64,000 nucleotides of DNA from an uncultured Alphaproteobacteria bacterium (lineage in GTDB: Bacteria > Pseudomonadota > Alphaproteobacteria > RF32 > CAG-239). The notes beneath the pieces were generated by a model that was not told the DNA's origin, did not search any database, and worked only from the letters and a program-made list of their open reading frames with translations. The translations under genes were made by a program, and so were the position numbers. How positions within the stretch are numbered: the first letter of the stretch is position 1; the number at the start of each line of letters is the position of its first letter. Location: the NCBI GenBank assembly GCA_944392205.1, contig CALXVV010000040.1, positions 32,971 through 96,970 on the forward strand, written 5' to 3'. Below are positions 26,772 through 37,615 of the stretch, piece after piece.

Positions 26772-27512
26772 ATGCGACTTTTCGTATCGAATATTTTAAT
26801 GCTTTTGTTAATATTGCTGATGTTTATTCAGCCAGTACAGGCTCGAGCTTACTCCGAATTTCATGATGACGCTCTGGTTTGTATGGAAGCCACACAAAAA
26901 CTTGAAAAAGAATATCAAATAAAAGAACACCTCTTGACCACTATCTCCAGTGTTGAAACCGGACGCTGGGATGCAAAACGCCAACAAACTCTTGCTTGGC
27001 CGTGGACAGTGAATGCTCAAGGCAAAGGAACCTTCTTTAGAACCAAAGCCGAGGCCGTTCGTGAGGTTAAACGCCTGCAAAGAGCCGGCGTGAAAAGTAT
27101 TGATGTTGGATGTATGCAAATTAACTTGGCCTACCATCCCGACGCCTTCAAGAGTGTGGAAGAAGCTTTTGATCCGCAGAAAAATGTGGAGTATAGCGCA
27201 AAATTCTTAACTAAGCTCTACAAGAGAAAAGGAAATGACTGGATTAAGGCCGCCATGGCTTATCATTCCAGCGCGCCGAAAAAAGCTCAGATTTATAAGA
27301 AAAAATTGGCTAAAGCCTATGAAAAAGTTAAGACCGCCTTCAACACCAACCCTCACCTGTTTGGAAAAGAAGGGCAAAAGATGGCTAAAAAACTTGCAAG
27401 CACTCGTGTTTATGCTACAAATAAAACAAGAATTGAACAAAATGTAGCAAACAAGGCTAATGCTTGGCGTGAGGCAAAATTGGAAGAATATCGCCGGAGC
27501 AAGCGCCAATAA
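26772..27512 (+). CDS. Lytic transglycosylase (SLT domain) protein
   Basis: Signal peptide. ISSVETGRW, WPWTVNAQGKG, IDVGCMQINL, AMAYHS. Confidence 0.75.
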   Translation: MRLFVSNILMLLLILLMFIQPVQARAYSEFHDDALVCMEATQKLEKEYQIKEHLLTTISSVETGRWDAKRQQTLAWPWTVNAQGKGTFFRTKAEAVREVKRLQRAGVKSIDVGCMQINLAYHPDAFKSVEEAFDPQKNVEYSAKFLTKLYKRKGNDWIKAAMAYHSSAPKKAQIYKKKLAKAYEKVKTAFNTNPHLFGKEGQKMAKKLASTRVYATNKTRIEQNVANKANAWREAKLEEYRRSKRQ

Positions 27513-27531
27513 TAGAACTTTTAAGGCTTAA

Positions 27532-29028
27532 ATGGATAGGTATTTTTCAGAACCCGGATTGTTTTGGCGGCCACTTGGCGGTAACAATATAGATCAAATC
27601 AGCGGGCATTGCTACCAGTATACCGACATTAAAGAACTTAAATCCGGCCTTAAAGCTTCAACTATTGTGGTTGACCTTGGAAAATTTGATAATCACCAGG
27701 CTTTGGGGATTAGAAACTCGGTAGCGGCGGTTCCAGATATCAGGGAGCTCCTGCAAACCCCGTTTCTTAACCCCGAAGCTATTTTTTTGACTCACTCTCA
27801 CCCTGATCACCTTAACGGAATTGTTCACTATCTTAAGGCCGAATATTCTCTGCCACCGCTGTTTGGCGGAAAATATACCCTCATGATTTTGGAGGAGCTT
27901 TATGATGAATTTGCAGTTCCTCGCCGCAGCCGCCCAAAGTTTAACATTATTCAGGATGGAGATGTTATCAGGTGCGGATCCCTTAAAATCGAAGTTGTAT
28001 CATCTTCTCACACCTGTTTTGACAGTTTCGGCCTTATCATTAAAGCCTTTGACGGCACAACCGTTTACCACACCGGGGATATGAAAACCGATAACAGCAC
28101 TTATTTTCGCAAACCGACAAATCTTAAACGCTTACACCAACTGGCCGGAAAGATAAATTTCTCGGTAGCTGACTTTTGCGGCATTACCTCTGATGGAATC
28201 GCCGTACGTGAGGTTGACACTTTCAAAAAACTTGTTGAGCTCATCAAGAAATCTCACAAAAGAAAAATCTTTATTCCCGTATACCCCACTCACGCGGAGA
28301 TGTATTTGGTGGCTTTTTTGGCGGCGCTTAAGCTCAAGAAAAATGTCATCTTTTATGGAAACCATGATTTTTATATCTACCTTGAGCAGATAAAAAAATA
28401 TGGAATCGACTTTAAAAAGATGGCTGGAAATCGCATAAAAATTGTTCTCGGGACCCCGGTTGACGTGGAGGCCTTGGGTGATGATTTTGCGGTTATCGGC
28501 ACGTTTAACAATATCGGCAATTTTTTTGATGACAGCAGTACTGACAGCTTTGGGATTATCACTTCAGGCACGTTCTTTAATCCTTTGCGCGGGCAGTTCA
28601 ATGCCAGAAACATCCGCTTTGTAGATGTTAAAGACTACCCTGTGTTGCAAGGCTATGGGCATGGTTTCTTGGGAGATTATGAAATCATCAATAATACTCT
28701 GCAATCACCCCTTTTTATTCCAACTCATTGCCCGATATATGTTATTGACAGTTTTCGGGAGCTGGCTCAATATATCGAAATAAGGATTGCGGAGCCGACT
28801 GCGCGCAACAATCATCTTTATAAGCTTGAAAAAAACTCTTTTGAGCTTATAAAAGAAAGTCCTGCCACTTGGCTGGTGGTTAATTACGTCAATGACCAGG
28901 CTATCTTTACCGAAGTATGGCAAAAGCCTACCTCCGGGGCGGGGTTTCTGAAACGCACTTTTAGTGCCAGACGCTGCCGAAATCAATTTAAAATGTTGCT
29001 GCATAAGCGCAAACAACAGGGAAAATAA
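27532..29028 (+). CDS. MBL-fold metallo-hydrolase, divergent RNase J-like
   Basis: PLGGNN...ISGHC, LTHSHPDHLNG, HTGD. About 500 aa. Confidence 0.5.
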   Translation: MDRYFSEPGLFWRPLGGNNIDQISGHCYQYTDIKELKSGLKASTIVVDLGKFDNHQALGIRNSVAAVPDIRELLQTPFLNPEAIFLTHSHPDHLNGIVHYLKAEYSLPPLFGGKYTLMILEELYDEFAVPRRSRPKFNIIQDGDVIRCGSLKIEVVSSSHTCFDSFGLIIKAFDGTTVYHTGDMKTDNSTYFRKPTNLKRLHQLAGKINFSVADFCGITSDGIAVREVDTFKKLVELIKKSHKRKIFIPVYPTHAEMYLVAFLAALKLKKNVIFYGNHDFYIYLEQIKKYGIDFKKMAGNRIKIVLGTPVDVEALGDDFAVIGTFNNIGNFFDDSSTDSFGIITSGTFFNPLRGQFNARNIRFVDVKDYPVLQGYGHGFLGDYEIINNTLQSPLFIPTHCPIYVIDSFRELAQYIEIRIAEPTARNNHLYKLEKNSFELIKESPATWLVVNYVNDQAIFTEVWQKPTSGAGFLKRTFSARRCRNQFKMLLHKRKQQGK

Positions 29029-29030
29029 AG

Positions 29031-29768
29031 ATGGAAGTAACGAAATTTATAAGTGAATATAATATCCGCAGTTATGAGTGTGATCGCAACAATAATCTCC
29101 GCATTTTGACACTAATGAATATTTTTCAGGATATGGCAGATAATCACGCTAAAGAAATGGGCCTGGGAATCGATTATGTCCTCTCAAAAGGATTTGCCTG
29201 GGTTGGCACAAACTATGTTTTGGATATTGAACGCTTGCCCAAAATGCATGAACATATCAGAATTGAAACCTGGCCATCTGAAGAAAAACGTTTGGGTGCC
29301 ATTAGAGAGTTTGAGGTTTTTGGAGAAAACAACAAAAGCATCATCCAAGCCTCTAGCCAATGGGTGCTGATTGACTTTAAGAAAAAACGCCCCATAGGTC
29401 TTAGGGAAAATCTGCCCGAATATGCCGTGTTGCCGCAAAAAGTTTTGGAAACGGATTTTCCCAAACTTCCGGAGGTGGAGCGGGTGGATGAAGAAGCCAA
29501 GTTCAGAGTTCGGTTTGATGATATTGATATGAACAGGCATGTTAACAATGCCGTTTATGTCTTGTGGGCCAGCGAATCCGTGCCGCCGGAATTTCGGCTT
29601 GAGCACGACCCCAAACATATTGAAATTTGTTTCAAAAAAGAAGGACATATGGGCGAGAAAATCAAGGTAAGCACCCAATGTGAGGGGCTGCATACTTTCC
29701 ACAGCATTCGCACTTATGACAGCGATGATGCCAGAGAACTCGCCAGAGCTTATATTGAATGGGCCTAA
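29031..29768 (+). CDS. Acyl-ACP thioesterase family protein
   Basis: YNIRSYECDRNNNLRILTLMNIFQDMADNHA; RFDDIDMNRHVNNAVY double hot-dog pattern. Confidence 0.7.
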   Translation: MEVTKFISEYNIRSYECDRNNNLRILTLMNIFQDMADNHAKEMGLGIDYVLSKGFAWVGTNYVLDIERLPKMHEHIRIETWPSEEKRLGAIREFEVFGENNKSIIQASSQWVLIDFKKKRPIGLRENLPEYAVLPQKVLETDFPKLPEVERVDEEAKFRVRFDDIDMNRHVNNAVYVLWASESVPPEFRLEHDPKHIEICFKKEGHMGEKIKVSTQCEGLHTFHSIRTYDSDDARELARAYIEWA

Positions 29769-29808
29769 AACAAAACAGGGTGGTTATTATAACCGCCCTG
29801 TTTTGTTT
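29768..29808. terminator. 18-bp-stem hairpin after the thioesterase gene
   Basis: aaacaaaacagggtggtt-attat-aaccgccctgttttgttt; overlaps the 3' end of the minus-strand ORF. Confidence 0.6.
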
Positions 29809-30215
29809 ATCATTATTGCTTGGAACAGTATCAGTACTTTGGCGTATTTCTCCGCTGAAATTCGTACATACTGATAAACGCCCAGGTTCCAATGCCTAAA
29901 AATCTCACTGAAGCTTTCCGGTGCTAAATACATCAGAAAATGCACTTGCTCCTTTGGTGACGCATCAAGAACAAGCCAATCCGTGATTTGCTTTGGTGTG
30001 CGTCCGGCGAGTGCTTTTCTTAATTTGAAATAATGATGTATCGGCAGCCAAGCCTCATATAACTCAAGCCCAAAGACTAAAACACCAATCAGTCCTATTC
30101 CCGACACAAAGCTCCACTCAAAGAGTACACTAACAGCTAACATTGCTCCAAAAACTACTGTCAGCGTTGCCCACGGAGCCAGATTTTTCAAGATGTTATT
30201 TCTATCCGTTTTCAT
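29787..30215 (-). CDS. Small membrane protein, unknown function
   Basis: Two N-terminal TM helices. The C-terminal codons lie inside the hairpin, so the 3' end is uncertain. Confidence 0.4.
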   Translation of the reverse strand: MKTDRNNILKNLAPWATLTVVFGAMLAVSVLFEWSFVSGIGLIGVLVFGLELYEAWLPIHHYFKLRKALAGRTPKQITDWLVLDASPKEQVHFLMYLAPESFSEIFRHWNLGVYQYVRISAEKYAKVLILFQAIMINKTGRL

Positions 30216-30312
30216 AATTGTAGGTGTTAATTATTATTATCATAATTTGTAAGTATGATGACAGCTTATACCTCTTTGGCTATTTTGTCCATATGTTTAT
30301 ACAATTATCTAT

Positions 30313-30876
30313 TTAAGCAGATAGGTGCTCAAACAATATCTTACAGCCCAGTCCTATCAAGATGATGCCTGATGATATTTCCAGCCATTTGGTGGGAAAC
30401 TTTTTGAATATCCGGCAAAAATTAAACCCTATGCAGGAGCAGGCAAAGGTTGTCAGCCCAATTACGGCGGCAGAACTCCAGACCGGTGCCTTTACAAAAT
30501 AAAGCATGGAGCCGCTGACAAAGGCGTCTATGGATGTGGCCACTCCTATTAAAAACAAAACCTTCAAAGACAAGGTCTTATCCAACTTATTCTGGCATTC
30601 ACAGCTTTTGAGAGAATCCGTTATCACTTTTAAGCCCAACATCAAAAACACAAAAAAGGCTATCCAGTGGTCAACCTGCTCTATCTGATGATAAATCGTG
30701 CGGGCGCCAAACCATCCCAATACGGGCATGATAAATTGCCCTGAACCGGTGGCAAAAGCTATCTTTAGGACTGATCGGCCTTTTTGTTTTTTGATAACCA
30801 AGCCGTATGAAAAAGCCACCACAAATGCATCTACCGACAATGCCAATGCCAAAAACCAGATATCTAACCAACTCAC
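30313..30876 (-). CDS. mntP: Manganese efflux pump MntP family
   Basis: Duplicated DUF204-like halves: ALALSVDAFVVAFSYG and GVATSIDAFVSG. Confidence 0.7.
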   Translation of the reverse strand: MSWLDIWFLALALSVDAFVVAFSYGLVIKKQKGRSVLKIAFATGSGQFIMPVLGWFGARTIYHQIEQVDHWIAFFVFLMLGLKVITDSLKSCECQNKLDKTLSLKVLFLIGVATSIDAFVSGSMLYFVKAPVWSSAAVIGLTTFACSCIGFNFCRIFKKFPTKWLEISSGIILIGLGCKILFEHLSA

Positions 30877-30946
30877 GATGTTTCTCTCCTGTTGTTTTTT
30901 TTATTTTTTGCCGCTATTATGCCCTTAAATTAAAGGAGCTTGATTT

Positions 30947-31675
30947 ATGCCAGATTATACCGAAGATTATTTATTAGACAAGAAAATTAAAATTTTTCAG
31001 CCCAATGACGGGTACCGTGCCGCGATTGACGCTGTTTTGCTCTCCGCGGCGGTTGAAAAACTGCGCCCTGGCGATAACATCTTGGACATAGGGTCCGGAA
31101 CCGGGGCTGTCAGCCTTTGTCTGGCGCAAAGATTTTTTGAACTCGCCCCGCAAATTACCGGGGTTGAGATTCAGCCCATGCTGGCAGAACTTTCCAACAT
31201 GAGTGCTACCGCCAATAATTTTTCTTTTCTCAAATACATCAATGCCGATATTTTTGATTGCGGCCTGCCTTTTTGCTCTTTTGCTCACGTGGTTTCAAAT
31301 CCGCCTTATTTTGAGCAAAATATGCCAACATCTCCTAAGGCCGGCAAAGCTACCGCTCACAACTTTAACCAAACCTCTCTTACTCAATGGGTTAATCTTT
31401 GCATTAAGATGATTAAGCCTCAGGGGTATTTCTATATGGTCAACCGCGCTCAAGCATTGGATGAAATTTTAAACGCTATCGGCACAAAACTTGGCGATAT
31501 TAAAATCTTTCCTATCTACTCCAAAGCCGAGCAAGACGCCAAGCGTGTCATTATCCGCGCCAAAAAAGACAGCAAAGCTCCTCTATCCATTGCGGCGCCA
31601 ATAATTATTCATCAGGCTGACGGGAGCTACTCTCAACGGGCAGAAGCAATCCTAAGAGGCGGAAAAAGTTTGTAA
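30947..31675 (+). CDS. Class I SAM-dependent N6-adenine methyltransferase (tRNA m6A37 TrmN6/YfiC-like)
   Basis: ILDIGSGTGAVSL motif I; SNPPYF motif IV. Confidence 0.6.
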   Translation: MPDYTEDYLLDKKIKIFQPNDGYRAAIDAVLLSAAVEKLRPGDNILDIGSGTGAVSLCLAQRFFELAPQITGVEIQPMLAELSNMSATANNFSFLKYINADIFDCGLPFCSFAHVVSNPPYFEQNMPTSPKAGKATAHNFNQTSLTQWVNLCIKMIKPQGYFYMVNRAQALDEILNAIGTKLGDIKIFPIYSKAEQDAKRVIIRAKKDSKAPLSIAAPIIIHQADGSYSQRAEAILRGGKSL

Positions 31676-31785
31676 ATTTGTGTTGACAGAAACTATTTAT
31701 GCCTTTATAAGCTTTCTTACCCGAGAACCTTAATCTGGTTTGAGATTAATGGTTTTAAATAACAATAATTAACCGGAGAATTAAA

Positions 31786-31920
31786 ATGAAACGTACCTAT
31801 CAACCCAGTAAGCTGGTTAGAACTCGTCGTCACGGCTTCCGCACCCGTATGGCTACCGCCGGCGGACGCAAGGTTTTAGCTGCCCGCAGAGCCAGAGGCC
31901 GTAAAAAACTTTCGGCCTAA
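31786..31920 (+). CDS. rpmH: 50S ribosomal protein L34 (not in the ORF track)
   Basis: [44 protein letters not shown]. Confidence 0.95.
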   Translation: MKRTYQPSKLVRTRRHGFRTRMATAGGRKVLAARRARGRKKLSA

Positions 31921-31923
31921 GCG

Positions 31924-32328
31924 ATGAAAGTTCTTATCTTAAAAAAAAGAAAAGATTTTGTCAGAGCCGCCAAGGGATATAAATCGGTGATGCCGACTTT
32001 GATCCTCCAGGCGGCTCAAAGTTTATCCATGCGCAACAAAGAGGTGTTGCAAGACGGATGCTATCTCGGCTTTACCGCCACCAAGAAACTCGGCAAGGCT
32101 CATCTTCGCAACCGCACCAAACGACGCCTGCGGGCCGCAGCACGTTTGTGTTTTCCCAAATTGGCAAAAGCCGGTTTGGACTATGTCTTAATCGGACGCT
32201 ACAATACCGCCGATGCTAAATTTGAACGCTTGGTTTCTGACATGAAGCGCGCTATTGGCACCATTAATTCTCAGATTGAAGCAGAGGAAACTGCCCACCA
32301 TGAAATATCTGATGATTGCGCTGATTAA
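31924..32328 (+). CDS. rnpA: Ribonuclease P protein component
   Basis: Position after rpmH; basic protein with [11 protein letters not shown]...[23 protein letters not shown]. Confidence 0.8.
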   Translation: MKVLILKKRKDFVRAAKGYKSVMPTLILQAAQSLSMRNKEVLQDGCYLGFTATKKLGKAHLRNRTKRRLRAAARLCFPKLAKAGLDYVLIGRYNTADAKFERLVSDMKRAIGTINSQIEAEETAHHEISDDCAD

Positions 32329-32530
32329 ATTTTATCAAAACTGTATATCTCCTTTGTTGCCAAGTGTGTGCCGCTACAAGCCTACTTGCTCTGAATATTT
32401 TATTCAGGCTTTGCAAATTCACGGCGTTTGGAAAGGTTCTATTTTGGGGATTAAACGAATCCTTCGTTGCCATCCGTGGGGTGGCTCCGGCTACGACCCG
32501 GTACCACCGAAACAAAAGCGTGAAAACTAA
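32300..32530 (+). CDS. yidD: Membrane protein insertion efficiency factor YidD
   Basis: [26 protein letters not shown]...[13 protein letters not shown]; overlaps the rnpA 3' end. Confidence 0.85.
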   Translation: MKYLMIALIKFYQNCISPLLPSVCRYKPTCSEYFIQALQIHGVWKGSILGIKRILRCHPWGGSGYDPVPPKQKREN

Positions 32531-32608
32531 TTTATCTGCTTGCTTTGGCTGCAAAAATATACTACATATAACCAGTGTTTTATTTTGAATTTTAGGAGTT
32601 TTGGGTTT

Positions 32609-34279
32609 ATGAGAGAAGAAACAAAGGGACTGTACGCCGCCATTATCTTGTCACTTATCGTTATCTTTGCCACTAACTGGTTGTTTCCCTCCAAAAAACA
32701 GCCCATAGCCGAAGATACGCCGGAAGTTGCTGTTGAGCAAGAAGTTGCGAAAACTTCAGCTGACGAGCCTAAGCTTGATGAGGCTCTCTCCACTGCCGAG
32801 GCAGCTGCTCTTGATAAACGCGTGCAAATCTCAAACTCCGCTCTTAAAGGTTCTATCCGCCTCAAAGGTGCCCGTCTTGATGAACTTTACCTTACAAAAT
32901 ATAAACAGACTCTTGATCCCCAAAGTCCTGATGTTGAGCTCTTGGCTCCCTCTCAAACCAACGCGCCTTATTATGCCGAGTTTGGATGGATTGGAACAGA
33001 CAGCCGCCTTAAACTTCCTCAGGCTGATACCGTCTGGACCCTCAAGGGCAAACAGCTTACCCCCGAAACACCTATTGTCTTGGAGTGGAACAACGGACAA
33101 GGCCTCAAATTTGTTCGCAAAATCTCGATTGATGATGATTATATGTTCAATATTGAGCAAATGGTTGAAAATAACAGTGGTAAAGATGTCACCCTTTATC
33201 CTTATGGGCTTATCAGCCGCAGCGAGCCAAAGTCTGAAAACTCAACAAAAGTTGTACACGAAGGTGTGGCCGGCGTACTTGATTCCACCCTCAAGGAAAT
33301 CAAATTTTCAACACTCAAAGAAGATAAAAAAGAAACCTTCACCTCTAACGGCGGATGGGCCGGTTTCTCTGACCATTATTGGCTTTCTGCCCTTATTCTC
33401 GACAACAATTCCGAGAGCAGAGTAAAGTTCTCAACCCCTCTTGATAACACCTATCAGACAGATTTTGTCGGCCAACCTCTGACAATCACCAGCGGCACTG
33501 TCGGCACTTTCAACAGCAAATTCTTTGCCGGCGCCAAGGAAATTAAACTCTTAGACCAGTATGCCGAAAAATTTAATATTGATAAGTTTGACTTGGCCGT
33601 TGATTTTGGTTGGTATTATTTCTTGACCAAACCTTTCTTCTATATCCTTGATTTTCTCTACCACTTCATAGGCAATATGGGCTGGGCTATTCTTTTGTTT
33701 GCTGCCTTGCTGCGGTTGGCCATGTTCCCGATTGCCAATAAGTCTTATGAGAGCATGTCTAAGATGAAAAAAGTGCAGCCTAAAATTCAGGAACTGCAAG
33801 AGAAATTCAAAGATGACAAGACCAAGTTGCAAATGGAAATGATGAACCTTTACCGCAAGGAAAAAATTAATCCGGCATCAGGGTGCTTGCCCATGCTCAT
33901 CCAAATTCCGGTGTTTTTCTCTTTGTACAAGGTTCTAAACATCTCCATTGAAATCCGCCATGCTCCATTTATCGGCTGGATTAAAGACCTTTCAGCTCCA
34001 GACCCGCTTACCATCTCGGCTATTACTCATTTGCCGGTACCTGGGTTCTTGGATATCGGTGTTTGGCCAATTCTCATGGGCTTGACCATGTATATTCAAC
34101 AAAAGCTCAACCCGAAACCGGCTAATAAAGACCAGGCCAGAATGTTTGCGCTGATGCCGCTTATTTTCATGTTTATGCTTGGGCATTTTGCCTCAGGGTT
34201 GGTTATCTACTGGACGCTTAGCAACATCCTCTCCATCATGCAGCAAAAAGTTATCATGAAAAAAGTGGGGGTTGATTAA
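32609..34279 (+). CDS. yidC: Membrane protein insertase YidC
   Basis: Large periplasmic domain plus a C-terminal 5-TM core (GCLPMLIQIPVFFSLY, LIYWTLSNILSIMQQ). Confidence 0.9.
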   Translation: MREETKGLYAAIILSLIVIFATNWLFPSKKQPIAEDTPEVAVEQEVAKTSADEPKLDEALSTAEAAALDKRVQISNSALKGSIRLKGARLDELYLTKYKQTLDPQSPDVELLAPSQTNAPYYAEFGWIGTDSRLKLPQADTVWTLKGKQLTPETPIVLEWNNGQGLKFVRKISIDDDYMFNIEQMVENNSGKDVTLYPYGLISRSEPKSENSTKVVHEGVAGVLDSTLKEIKFSTLKEDKKETFTSNGGWAGFSDHYWLSALILDNNSESRVKFSTPLDNTYQTDFVGQPLTITSGTVGTFNSKFFAGAKEIKLLDQYAEKFNIDKFDLAVDFGWYYFLTKPFFYILDFLYHFIGNMGWAILLFAALLRLAMFPIANKSYESMSKMKKVQPKIQELQEKFKDDKTKLQMEMMNLYRKEKINPASGCLPMLIQIPVFFSLYKVLNISIEIRHAPFIGWIKDLSAPDPLTISAITHLPVPGFLDIGVWPILMGLTMYIQQKLNPKPANKDQARMFALMPLIFMFMLGHFASGLVIYWTLSNILSIMQQKVIMKKVGVD

Positions 34280-34920
34280 TGGCTTTTGCTCCGCAAGATT
34301 TTACCCAAGAGCAACTCAAGGCCGCAGAAAAGCTTTTTGCCGGCTCTTGCGATTTTGTCTTGGGCGTGGCAAAACTTGAACAGCTGCCTTTAACAGAAAT
34401 GCCGGAGGTGGCTTTTGCCGGGCGTTCCAATGTCGGGAAGTCCAGCTTGATTAATGCCATAACCGGCAAAAAAGGTCTGGCAAAAACTTCTAACACCCCG
34501 GGGCGCACCCAACAGCTTAACTATTTTAACCTGGGCGGTAAAATCCACTTAGTTGACCTGCCGGGCTATGGCTATGCCGAAGCGCCTGAAAGCACGGTCA
34601 AACAATGGCAAAAGGTTATTTTTGCCTATCTGCAAGGGCGAGTAAACCTTAAGCGCGTTTTCTTGTTGATTGACTCTCGTCACGGGTTCAAAAAAGTTGA
34701 CCGTGAGGTTATGGAAATGCTCGACAAAGCCGCCGTCACTTATCAAATTGTATTCACCAAGACGGATAAAATCAGCTCCGCCGCACTAACCAAGCTCATG
34801 GCTGAAATTGAAACGGAAATTGCCAAACACGCTGCGGCCTACACAAAAGTACTCTCAACCAGCTCCGAAAAAAAACAAGGTCTTAATCAACTGCGCGCGG
34901 AAATAGTTTCTCTCATTTAA
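34279..34920 (+). CDS. engB: Ribosome biogenesis GTP-binding protein YihA/EngB
   Basis: GRSNVGKSSLINA, DLPGYGYA, TKTDK. Confidence 0.85.
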   Translation: MAFAPQDFTQEQLKAAEKLFAGSCDFVLGVAKLEQLPLTEMPEVAFAGRSNVGKSSLINAITGKKGLAKTSNTPGRTQQLNYFNLGGKIHLVDLPGYGYAEAPESTVKQWQKVIFAYLQGRVNLKRVFLLIDSRHGFKKVDREVMEMLDKAAVTYQIVFTKTDKISSAALTKLMAEIETEIAKHAAAYTKVLSTSSEKKQGLNQLRAEIVSLI

Positions 34921-34933
34921 CTTTATTTTGCAC

Positions 34934-34970
34934 AAAAAAAACACCACCCTTTACAGAGTGGTGTTTTTTT
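34934..34970. terminator. Bidirectional terminator between engB and rpsA
   Basis: aaaaaaaacaccac-cctttacaga-gtggtgttttttt. Confidence 0.7.
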
Positions 34971-34992
34971 GACTTAAAGCCAAACGCCGTTT

Positions 34993-36678
34993 TTAAGCGT
35001 TTTTCTTCAAAGCTGCGCCAAGAGCATCTCCGAGAGCAGAGTTGCCGGTATCGGAAGAAGAATATTCTTCCAGGGCTTTCTTCTCTTCTTCAATCTCCAA
35101 GGCTTTAACCGAGAGGTTCAGCTTGTTGTTTTTCTTGTCAACAGTGGTAACTTTTGCTTCCAAGACATCCCCTTCTTTGTAGTTTTCAGGGTTCTGGGCG
35201 GCTTTGTCCTTAGACAGATCACCCTTCTTGATGTAGGCATTAACACCGTTAACAGTAACGTTTACACCTTTGTCATCTGTGCTGGTAACTGTTGCCTTAA
35301 CAACATCACCTTTCTTGAAGGCTTCCAAAGCAGCGCCAACAGTGTCTTCAGACAATTGTTTGATTCCTAAGCTGATGCGCTCTTTTTCAACATCAACATC
35401 GATAATCTTGGCCTGAATATCTTGGCCTTTGGTGTAGTCTTTTACGGCTTCTTCACCGGGTTTATCCCAAGAGATATCTGAGAGGTGAATCATGCCGTCA
35501 ATTTCATCTGACAGACCGACAAACAAACCAAATTCGGTGATGTTTTTGATCTTGCCTTCGATAACAGATCCAACCGGGTGCTCTTCAACATAAGCTGCCC
35601 ACGGGTTCGGGGTGCATTGTTTGATACCCAAGGAAATACGACGTTTGTCGGCATCTACTTCCAGAACTTTTACTTGAACTTCTTGTGAGGTAGAAACAAT
35701 CTTGCCCGGGTGTACGTTCTTGCGGGTCCAGCTCATTTCTGATACGTGAACCAAGCCCTCAATACCGTCTTCGAGCTCTACGAATGCGCCGTAGTCGGTG
35801 ATGTTGGTAACCTTACCGGTGTATACTTCACCAACTTTGTATTTCTCGGCAACGTTTTGCCAAGGATCAGCCTCGAGCTGTTTCATGCCCAAAGAAATTC
35901 TCTGGTTATCTTCGTTGAATTTGATAACCTGAACTTTCACGGTCTGGCCAACAGACAAAACTTCTGCCGGGTGGTTGATGCGTTTCCAAGAAATATCGGT
36001 AACGTGCAACAAACCATCAACACCGCCCAAGTCAATAAATGCACCGTAGTCAGTGATGTTTTTAACAACACCTTCGAGAACTGCGCCCTCTTTTAAGGTA
36101 TCAATCAGCTCTGCACGGGCTTCTGCACGGGTCTCTTCCAGAACAACACGACGAGAAACAACGATGTTGCCTCTAACCTTATCCATTTTCAAAATCTGGA
36201 AGGGTTGGGTGATGCCCATTAACGGTGTGATATCGCGAATCGGACGGATATCAATCTGAGAACCAGGCAAGAAGGCAATGGCACCGTTCAAGTCAACAGT
36301 GAAACCACCTTTAACACGACCAAAGATGACACCGTTTACACGCTCACCTGAATTCAAGCACTTCTCAAGATCTTTCCAAGCTTCTTCACGACGAGCTTTC
36401 TCGCGAGAAAGAACGATGTTGCCGTCTTTATCTTCATAGCGGTCAACATAAACCTCTACCTGATCGCCAACTTTGAGCTCGGCATTTTGGCCAAACTCAC
36501 GCAAAGGAATGCGGCCCTCAGATTTGAGCCCTACATCAACAGTGGCAAAATCAGGTGTCAATTTGATGATTGTTCCCTTTACAACAGAACCAACCAAGCC
36601 TTTGTCGCCGAATTGCTCGTTCAACAAAGCTTCAAAATTTTCGTTTGTTTCAGGGATTTTAATATCGGTATTAATCAT
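34993..36678 (-). CDS. rpsA: 30S ribosomal protein S1
   Basis: Six S1 repeats. Start at MINTDIK preferred by alignment of ENFEALLNEQF with the S1 N-terminus. The longest ORF would start at 36705. Confidence 0.93.
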   Translation of the reverse strand: MINTDIKIPETNENFEALLNEQFGDKGLVGSVVKGTIIKLTPDFATVDVGLKSEGRIPLREFGQNAELKVGDQVEVYVDRYEDKDGNIVLSREKARREEAWKDLEKCLNSGERVNGVIFGRVKGGFTVDLNGAIAFLPGSQIDIRPIRDITPLMGITQPFQILKMDKVRGNIVVSRRVVLEETRAEARAELIDTLKEGAVLEGVVKNITDYGAFIDLGGVDGLLHVTDISWKRINHPAEVLSVGQTVKVQVIKFNEDNQRISLGMKQLEADPWQNVAEKYKVGEVYTGKVTNITDYGAFVELEDGIEGLVHVSEMSWTRKNVHPGKIVSTSQEVQVKVLEVDADKRRISLGIKQCTPNPWAAYVEEHPVGSVIEGKIKNITEFGLFVGLSDEIDGMIHLSDISWDKPGEEAVKDYTKGQDIQAKIIDVDVEKERISLGIKQLSEDTVGAALEAFKKGDVVKATVTSTDDKGVNVTVNGVNAYIKKGDLSKDKAAQNPENYKEGDVLEAKVTTVDKKNNKLNLSVKALEIEEEKKALEEYSSSDTGNSALGDALGAALKKNA

Positions 36679-36815
36679 TAAGTATTTATATTTCAAAAAT
36701 GCCATTCCTCTTGAAATAAAAAGCGAGGCGGACTTGTGCGTGGTTAAAACTCAAGCCAAAACAGCGCACCCTGTTGCTGGCTCGTGCCTAACTTATACAC
36801 GCAAATATTTATTTT

Positions 36816-37481
36816 TCAAGCTTTTTTTGCTGATTTATCGATAATCTCGCAGACTTTTTCAAAAACCTCTGCCGCTGAGTAGGCTGAGGTGTCAAAAATA
36901 ATTGCATCTGCCGCCGGTTTTAGTGGCGCCGCCGCCCGATTTTCATCTCTTTCATCACGTTCGCGAATCTGCGCCAACACATCTTCATAGCTCTTGTTTA
37001 GCCCTTTGGATTGATACTCCAAGAATCGGCGCTCTGCTCTAACCTCCGGAGAAGCGGTAATAAACAACTTTATGTCTGCATTGGGGCAAACAACCGTGCC
37101 GGTATCTCTGCCGTCATAAACGGCTCCTGAAGCCGGAGAGCCATCTGCAAACACCGGTTTCTTGGAAAAATCTTGTTGCATTTTCAACAAAGCTTGCCGA
37201 ACTTTGGGCTGGGCGGCTACAACCGAGGCAGCTCTGCCACCAATATCTGAGCGAAAATCTTTGTGGCGGGACAGCTCCATCATTTTGGGGAAAGTCAGCC
37301 TCAAAGCGGCTTTTTCCGCCGCGGCCTCATCCTCCAGCGACTGACCGCTTAAAACTAACTCCAGCCCCACCGCGCGGTAGACCATGCCGGTATCAAAATA
37401 AGCCAAATTATATTTTTTTGACAGGCTGCCAGCCAGAGTTCCCTTGCCGGCAGAGGCCGGTCCGTCAATCGTAATTATCAT
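36816..37481 (-). CDS. cmk: Cytidylate kinase
   Basis: IITIDGPASAGKGT, YFDTGMVYR, DGRDTGTVV. Confidence 0.9.
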   Translation of the reverse strand: MIITIDGPASAGKGTLAGSLSKKYNLAYFDTGMVYRAVGLELVLSGQSLEDEAAAEKAALRLTFPKMMELSRHKDFRSDIGGRAASVVAAQPKVRQALLKMQQDFSKKPVFADGSPASGAVYDGRDTGTVVCPNADIKLFITASPEVRAERRFLEYQSKGLNKSYEDVLAQIRERDERDENRAAAPLKPAADAIIFDTSAYSAAEVFEKVCEIIDKSAKKA

Positions 37482-37615
37482 GCTCAGTCCATATATTGTT
37501 AGCGATTTGTAACCAAAATTTTACTTTATCTGTTGTAAGTTAAACTATAAACTAAATATAAGAAAGCCAAATTATCGGTTATGCCACGGATTTTTGCAAT
37601 CAAACGGAGGAACAA